Of a stretch of DNA of 40,757 nucleotides, positions 34,838 to 40,757 are shown piece after piece; the stretch's first letter is position 1, and every line of letters begins with the position of its first letter. This DNA comes from Octopus bimaculoides (Eukaryota). The stretch spans positions 110,352,395 through 110,393,151 of the forward strand of contig NC_068981.1 in assembly GCF_001194135.2 (NCBI RefSeq), in the 5' to 3' direction. A program made the position numbers and the translations under genes. The notes beneath the pieces are model-generated. The model saw only the letters and a program-made list of their open reading frames with translations, did no database searches and had not been told where the DNA came from.

Positions 34838-36044
34838 TCAGGTCATCCCATAAGTTCTGTCCGATTTTATCTTTTTTCAAATCGAATGAAATTTAATAGT
34901 ATTTTGGAATGTCTAATGGAATTAAAAATTATTTTTATGCATTTGTGTACATTTAAACTAATTAAATATTATTTTACAGAATAATAGAATTAGAATTTCT
35001 TTCTAAAATTTCTTTGTAAAACCCTTTCTAACATGGAAGTGTCCAAAGAGCATTTAAGGCACGTAATGCTTTATGAGTACAAAAAAGAAAACTCTGCAGC
35101 CGAAGCGACTCAAAACATACACTCAGTTTATGAGAAAGAATGTTTGAATGAAAGAACTAAAGAAGGTGGTTTGCAAAATTCAGAAGTGGAGATTTCAGCA
35201 TTGAAGATGAAGATCGAACAGTTCAAACCATACAACTGTTCATCATCATCTTCAACAACTCAGAAAGGTTTCTAAACTTGGAAAATGGGTTCCTCATGAA
35301 CTGTCCGAAAGCAACCGCAAATCCCGAGTTGATATCTGTTCTTCTCTCCATTCTCATGAACTCATTTCACCCTTTTTGAATAGACTTGTGACTGGTGACA
35401 AAAAATGGATCTTCTATCGAAATGTTAAACGTCGTAAACAGTAGCTTGGTAAAAGGGAAAAAGCTCAACCACAACTGAGAAGAGAACTTCATAGGAAAAA
35501 GGTTCTTCTCTCTGTCTGGTGGGATTACAAAGGAGTAATTCACTTTGAATTGTTACCACTTAATGCAACAGTCAATGCTCAAGTTTACTGTCAGCAATTA
35601 GAGCATTTGAACCAAGCTTTAAAGGAAAAAAGACCCGCTTTAGTGAATTGAAAAGGAGTGATGTTTCATCAGGACAATGCACAACCCAACACTGCAAAGA
35701 TCACATCAGAGAAGATCGAAGAGCTTGGTTAGGAAAAAATTTCTTATCCACCTTATTCTCCCAACCTTACTCCTTCAGACTACCATTTGTTTTGTAGTTT
35801 ACAGAATCATTTGGGGGACATAACTTTTGCAAGCCAGGAGGAGGTAGAAACTGACATTTTAGAGTTCTTCGCTTTGAAACCAAAAGAGTTTTACATTGAT
35901 GGGATTAAAAAGCTTGTAAATAGATGGAAGGAAGTCATAGATAATCATGGAAAGTACATTGATGATTAAATTTCAATTAAATATCACATTTGTTCACTTG
36001 CTTTCTTCATTCAAAATTCAGACAGAACTTATGGGATGACCTCA
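34838..36044 (+). mobile_element. mariner (DD34D) transposon, defective
   Basis: TIRs TCAGGTCATCCCATAAGTTCTGTC and GACAGAACTTATGGGATGACC. CDS remnant 35033..35969 has WVPHEL, LVTGDKKW and QDNAQP...YSPNLTPSD (34 residues between D2 and D3). Stops and a deletion. Confidence 0.95.
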
Positions 36045-37712
36045 GATGGGATGACCACTAACTCTTCAGATTAATCAGTGCTTTGTGAGTGAAGTTTGGA
36101 AAAACTGAAATTGTACAGAAACCTACTGTATGTGTACATATATGCCTGTCTCCATGTGTCTACACATTAACACCAGCAGCAGTGGTGATGTTTATGTCAC
36201 ACATAAACAAAAATTCAGCAACTTGGCAGTTTATGCTGAATTGTGGAATAAAGCACCTTACTTGAAAACAAGTAAAAGCTGGCATCAGGAAGGGCATCTG
36301 GCTATCATGCTAGTTTGCAAAGTTGAATTTTTTTTTAAATTGTATTTGTGGTAGTGATGGTCATAGTGGCATTGTCATCATTGTCATTTTGTCCTAAATT
36401 TTAACAGTTGTTTGTTACACTAATAATAGATAGAGAATGATATTTACAAGTTATGTAAAGCCATACAAGAACAATGAAGTTTGCTAGGCAGTATGGTGTC
36501 TTCATAGAAGATAGTGATTTGTTAAGAGTTTATGTTGAACTGAACAAGATGAATAATGTACTAAGAAAATTCGTTTAAACAACAGCTGTAAGAAAAGAAA
36601 ATACAATATAGTGGTATATAAGGATGTACAATGTAGTGTCATTCAATTTTTCTCTGACTCTCCACTTAGTCATTTCTTTTTGTCTTCTTTTGTCATCTTC
36701 AAATTCAATGTCTTTCTCAACATCTTCCTTACATGGTAGCAGATGTTCTGTCTTGGATAATATCTTAATGCACAAAGAAACCAATGTTTTTTAAACTCTT
36801 TTCTTTATTCCTGTTTAATTGATATAATATTTCTGATACTTTTTTGGTTTGATATTTATATCAATGTAAGTTATAAGAATTGTTCTGTATCGTGACTAAT
36901 GGTTTAACTACATTTGCTAATTTTTAGAATTTAATCAACCTAAACAGATATTGACAATTTACTCCACCTAAGGCTACAGTCTAACTACTTAGTCAAATAT
37001 TTACTTCTCTGTATCATCTAAGGAAGGATACATTAGCCAATATAATCTTAGATCCACAATGTCTGCATAAAATTTGGATAAGAGAGTAATAATCATGATG
37101 TACTAAAAAAAAAAATAGATGTAACTGACTGGATTTCTTCATAGTTCTGCTCAATAAGGGCTGAACTCCAGCTAAACAACAGTTACAAAGATTTCCAGTC
37201 AACTAGTAAATAACATGGAATCAAATATTATACAGCAGGCAACATATAACTTGGTCATTTGTTCTGTGTGTGTGTTATGGTATTTGTCTTACACCAAGTT
37301 TATCCTATTATGAGCAGACTGATGATGAACATCCACTTATATTTGAAATAAGGGAATGTGGCACTACATTAATTTTTGTGTGCTTCCCTTTTTTAAGGTA
37401 TTGGAGCTGGATTTTAGGAAGGTGTGGTTGTTAGTTATAGTGTGTTGAATGGCTTCATAGGGCTTCTTCGTTAGCTCTGAATATCATCAGTATTATTTTA
37501 ATTTTTTCTCAAATTGGTATGGGTTAGATGAATATTTTTTGTGGTGGTATTGACAGCAACCCATTACATATATTCAAGCAAGGTACTTTTTTTGTGGTTT
37601 TTGTGTGCTGAATCACTGAGCTACATTACATAAATAAACATCATTTATGCAGAACATAAATAAACATCTCCACAACCAAGTTGGAGGGAGTGTACGCATG
37701 CATGCATGCATG

Positions 37713-37747
<35 letters not shown>

Positions 37748-37849
37748 TAATTTCTTGATTTATTGAAATAATGCCATTACTTCAATAAATCAATTCCAGA
37801 GAATTGTTGATTCTTGAGATTATCTCATGTTATTTGGAGTTGTTTGTGG

Positions 37850-38570
37850 TTCCCACAAGTGTTGGTTTACCTTCTCTCAAAGTGGAAATAATTTTATTAA
37901 TAACATGCACCAAGTATGGATCCAGGACATCCGTATACCACAAGCCAACCTTCACTGGACGATACCTCAACTTCAATTCCCACCATCCATACAGTGTAAA
38001 GAGAGGGATTACTCAGTGCCTAAAACATCAAGCAAAGAATATAAGTAGCGATCGTGATACCCACCACGAAGAAATGATCAAGCTCAGTAACAATCTATTA
38101 AGCAACAGCTACCCCCAAAACATACTATCCACTCAAGTTACGAAGAAAAGAGGGGATGAAACTCATAAACTGACCACAGTCTGTCTACGCTATGTGAAAG
38201 GCCTCTCTGAAAAGATACAAAAGATATGCAACCCATATGACATCAGGATAGTATTCAAGAGTAATACAACACTTTGTAAATATCTCCTGTGAATAAAACC
38301 ACCAATAGAAGAGAATATGACCAAAGACTGCATGTACTCCATCCCATGCAGCTGTGGTAGGTTATACAAAGGCGAAATATGCCGCCCTCTCAGTAGGATG
38401 AAGTTAAAATAATAGACAGTGAACACCACCGGAAAATTTGAAAACTAAAAGAAGCAGCACATATGCTAGGACATAACAACCTCCTAAGTAGACCAAGTGC
38501 AGATATGAGTAGCATATGGGAACTGGTATTAAGTAAGGATAGGAAAATATTAGATGTATAAACCCTAAAA
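37850..38570 (+). mobile_element. Penelope-like element: RT C-terminus and GIY-YIG fragment
   Basis: TSVYHKPTFTGRYLNFNSHHPYSVKRG...YVKGLSEKIQKICNPYDIRIVFKSNTTL, then KDCMYSIPCSCGRLYKGE. Degenerate. Confidence 0.9.
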
Positions 38571-38585
38571 TTCACTCCATAATTG

Positions 38586-38722
38586 CCCACAGGCATATGG
38601 TGTAGTGGTTAAGAATGCAGGCTACTAACCACAAGATTTTGAGTTTAATTCCAGGCAACGACCTGAATAATAATAATAATAATAATAATAACATCGAAAG
38701 ATACCTTAGGAATGAGAACCCA
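38586..38722 (+). ncRNA. tRNA-derived (Pol III A/B-box) cassette followed by (AAT)n
   Basis: TGGTGTAGTGG (A box), GAGTTTAATTCC (B-box-like), then (AAT)8. It is degenerate and not a functional tRNA. Confidence 0.6.
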
Positions 38723-39002
38723 TATACATATGCACACACACACAGACATACATACACACATGCACACATACATACATACACACACACTGAGACGCACGCA
38801 TGTGCAAAAACCAAAAAAAAAAAAAAGAAAAGCAAAAACAGAACGCAACGTGAATAACGGACAGAGTCAAGATTATTGAAAAGGTTGCAAGACGCAACGA
38901 AAATTTTAGGAAAATAAAAAATAATAAGTGGAAATTTTAACGGTGAGTGTGTTAAATTTTAAGGCACGATAAGAAAATGACTCTCCCCAGACACAACAGA
39001 AT

Positions 39003-40070
39003 TCATCATCATCATAACCATTTAACATCTGCTTTCCATGCTGGCATGGGTTGGACAGTTTGACTGAAAACTGGTAAGCTGCATCAGGTTCCAGTCTGAT
39101 TTGGCAAGGTTTCTAACAGCTGGATGTCCTTCCTAACAGCAACCATTCCAAGAGTGCTTTTTGTGTGCCACTGACATGACACCAGCATCAGCCCTGACTA
39201 TGATCTCACTTGGCTTGACAGGTCTTTAAAGGCATGGTATATTTTCAAAGGTCTTGGTCACCTGTCACTGCCTCTGTGGAGCCCAATGCTTGTAAAGTAC
39301 TTTGTATGTGCCACCAGCATGGTGGCACGTACAATGTCAGATGGCACTGGCATAGGCCATGACTACGATTTCATGTAGTTTGGCAGGTCTTCTCCAGCAC
39401 AACATATCACCCAATGTTTAAAAGGTGCATTTTATGTGCCAGTTATGTGACACTGCCATCGGCCATGACTATGATCTCACTTGGTTTGACAGGTCTTCTC
39501 AAGCAAGGCATATCACCAAAGGTCTCGGTTACTTGTCATTGCTTCTATGAGGCTCAACATTTGAAGATCATGCTTCACCACCTTGTCCCATGTCTTCCTG
39601 GGTCTACCTCTTCCACAGATTCCCTCCACCATATGCATCACATGACCATACCAACACAGTCTTCTCTCTTGCACGCCACATCTGATGCCTCATATGCCCA
39701 TCTTTTCTCTAAGGATGCTTACACTCTGTCGTGCATGGATACTGACATTACAAATCCAGCAAAGTATACAAGCTTCATTCCTTTCAGTCACATGTCCTCA
39801 GCAGTCACAGCCCATATTTCACTGCCATGTAGTATAGCTATTCACACACAGAGGCATCATACAGTCTGCCTTTCACTCTAAGAGAGAGGCCCTTTGTTAT
39901 CAGCATAAGTGGGAGCTCTCTGAAGTTTGCCCAACCCATTATTATTGTAGCGGCTACGCTCTTGGAACATCCATCCCCACTACAGACTTGGTCACCTAGG
40001 TAACAGAAGCTATTGACTACTTCTAGTTTTCTCCCTTGACATGTGATGGAATCTATTTTTTGTATATGAA
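39003..40070 (-). mobile_element. 5'-truncated RTE LINE 3' end (RT C-terminus, 3' UTR with tandem subrepeats, (GAT)n tail)
   Basis: Minus strand LEVVNSFCYLGDQV...GWANFRELP...LSLRVKGRLYDA...LHGSEIWAV continues into three CATGACTAYGATYTCA subrepeats and the (CAT)n tail. Confidence 0.88.
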
Positions 40071-40280
40071 TAGCTTTAACACCATGATGTCAGTGGAAAT
40101 TCACACAGGAAATCTGCTATTTCTTTAATGTAGCGATTGATTTATAGACTTATGTTACTGGCAAATAGTAAAACAGTTTTTCAAGTTATTGTTTTCATTC
40201 TAAATCAAGTACAGTGAGACAGAGAAAGAGAAGATAGTTATACTTACTTTATGGATGGAGAAAGTAAGAAATGGATAAGA

Positions 40281-40757
40281 ATCATCATCATCATCATCAT
40301 CATCATGATCATTGTTTAACGTCCGCTTTCCATGCTAGCATGGGTTGGACGATTTGACTGAGGACTGGTGGAACCCGAAGGCTACACCAGGCTCCAGTCT
40401 GATTTGGCAGAGTTTCTACAGCTGGATGCCCTTCCTAACGCCAACCACTCCGAGAATGTAGTAGGTGCTTTTACGTGTCACCCGCACGAAGGCCAGTCAG
40501 GCGATACTGGCAATGGCCACGCTCAAAATGGTGTATTTTATGTGTCACCTGCACAAGAGCCAGTCCAGGGGCACTGGCAATGATCTTGCTCGAAAGTCCT
40601 TACACGTGCTATTGGCACAAGTGCCAGAAAGGCGACGCTGGGCACAGGTGCCATCCCAATTTCGCTTTCGCTTGCCTCAATAAGTCTTCGCAAGCTGAGT
40701 TTCGTGTCCAATGAAGAAGACGACATTGGCATGGGTGCCAGTCGTCGAATTTAGTTC
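40281..40757 (-). mobile_element. RTE 3' UTR / RTE-tailed SINE
   Basis: Reverse complement of the family at 1-278, with the (CAT)n tail at 40281. Confidence 0.85.

Noticed and set aside
37316-37352. CTGATGA...GAAA hammerhead candidate; also CTGATGAG at ~3252
   Set aside because: No convincing stem II or stem I at 37316, and no downstream GAAA at 3252.
38586-38665. Functional tRNA gene
   Set aside because: The B box and stems are degenerate and it is followed by (AAT)n, so it is treated as a tRNA-derived repeat.
1-40757. Both window ends carry the same ~280-bp repeat in inverted orientation, like giant TIRs
   Set aside because: These are 3' tails of an abundant RTE family that occurs at least five times in the window, so the pairing is expected by chance.
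1-40757. CRISPR arrays or prokaryotic systems
   Set aside because: No regularly spaced repeat-spacer array, and the sequence is clearly eukaryotic.

Overview
This is AT-rich eukaryotic genomic DNA with TA microsatellites at the assembly gaps. It is most likely from a cephalopod (Octopus-like); that is inferred from recalled SINE/RTE repeat families and not verified. I recognise no intact host gene or intact RNA gene. The window is a dense, partly nested transposon graveyard. DNA elements: Helitron, an Academ-type relic, Merlin, a pogo/Tigger element, Tc1 (DD34E-type), maT (DD37D), two mariners and a MITE. Retroelements: several RTE LINE fragments, a CR1/L2/Jockey-group LINE, R4-like ends, Penelope pieces and SINEs. 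All coding regions are disrupted. The most notable structures are: (1) a Merlin element with ~500-bp terminal inverted repeats that include its own start codon; (2) a related MITE with a perfect 40-bp palindrome of telomeric repeats near its centre; (3) an Academ XPG/Cys-finger relic split by a LINE; (4) a degenerate hammerhead ribozyme and a tRNA-like cassette associated with Penelope sequences. Boundaries without TIRs are approximate.
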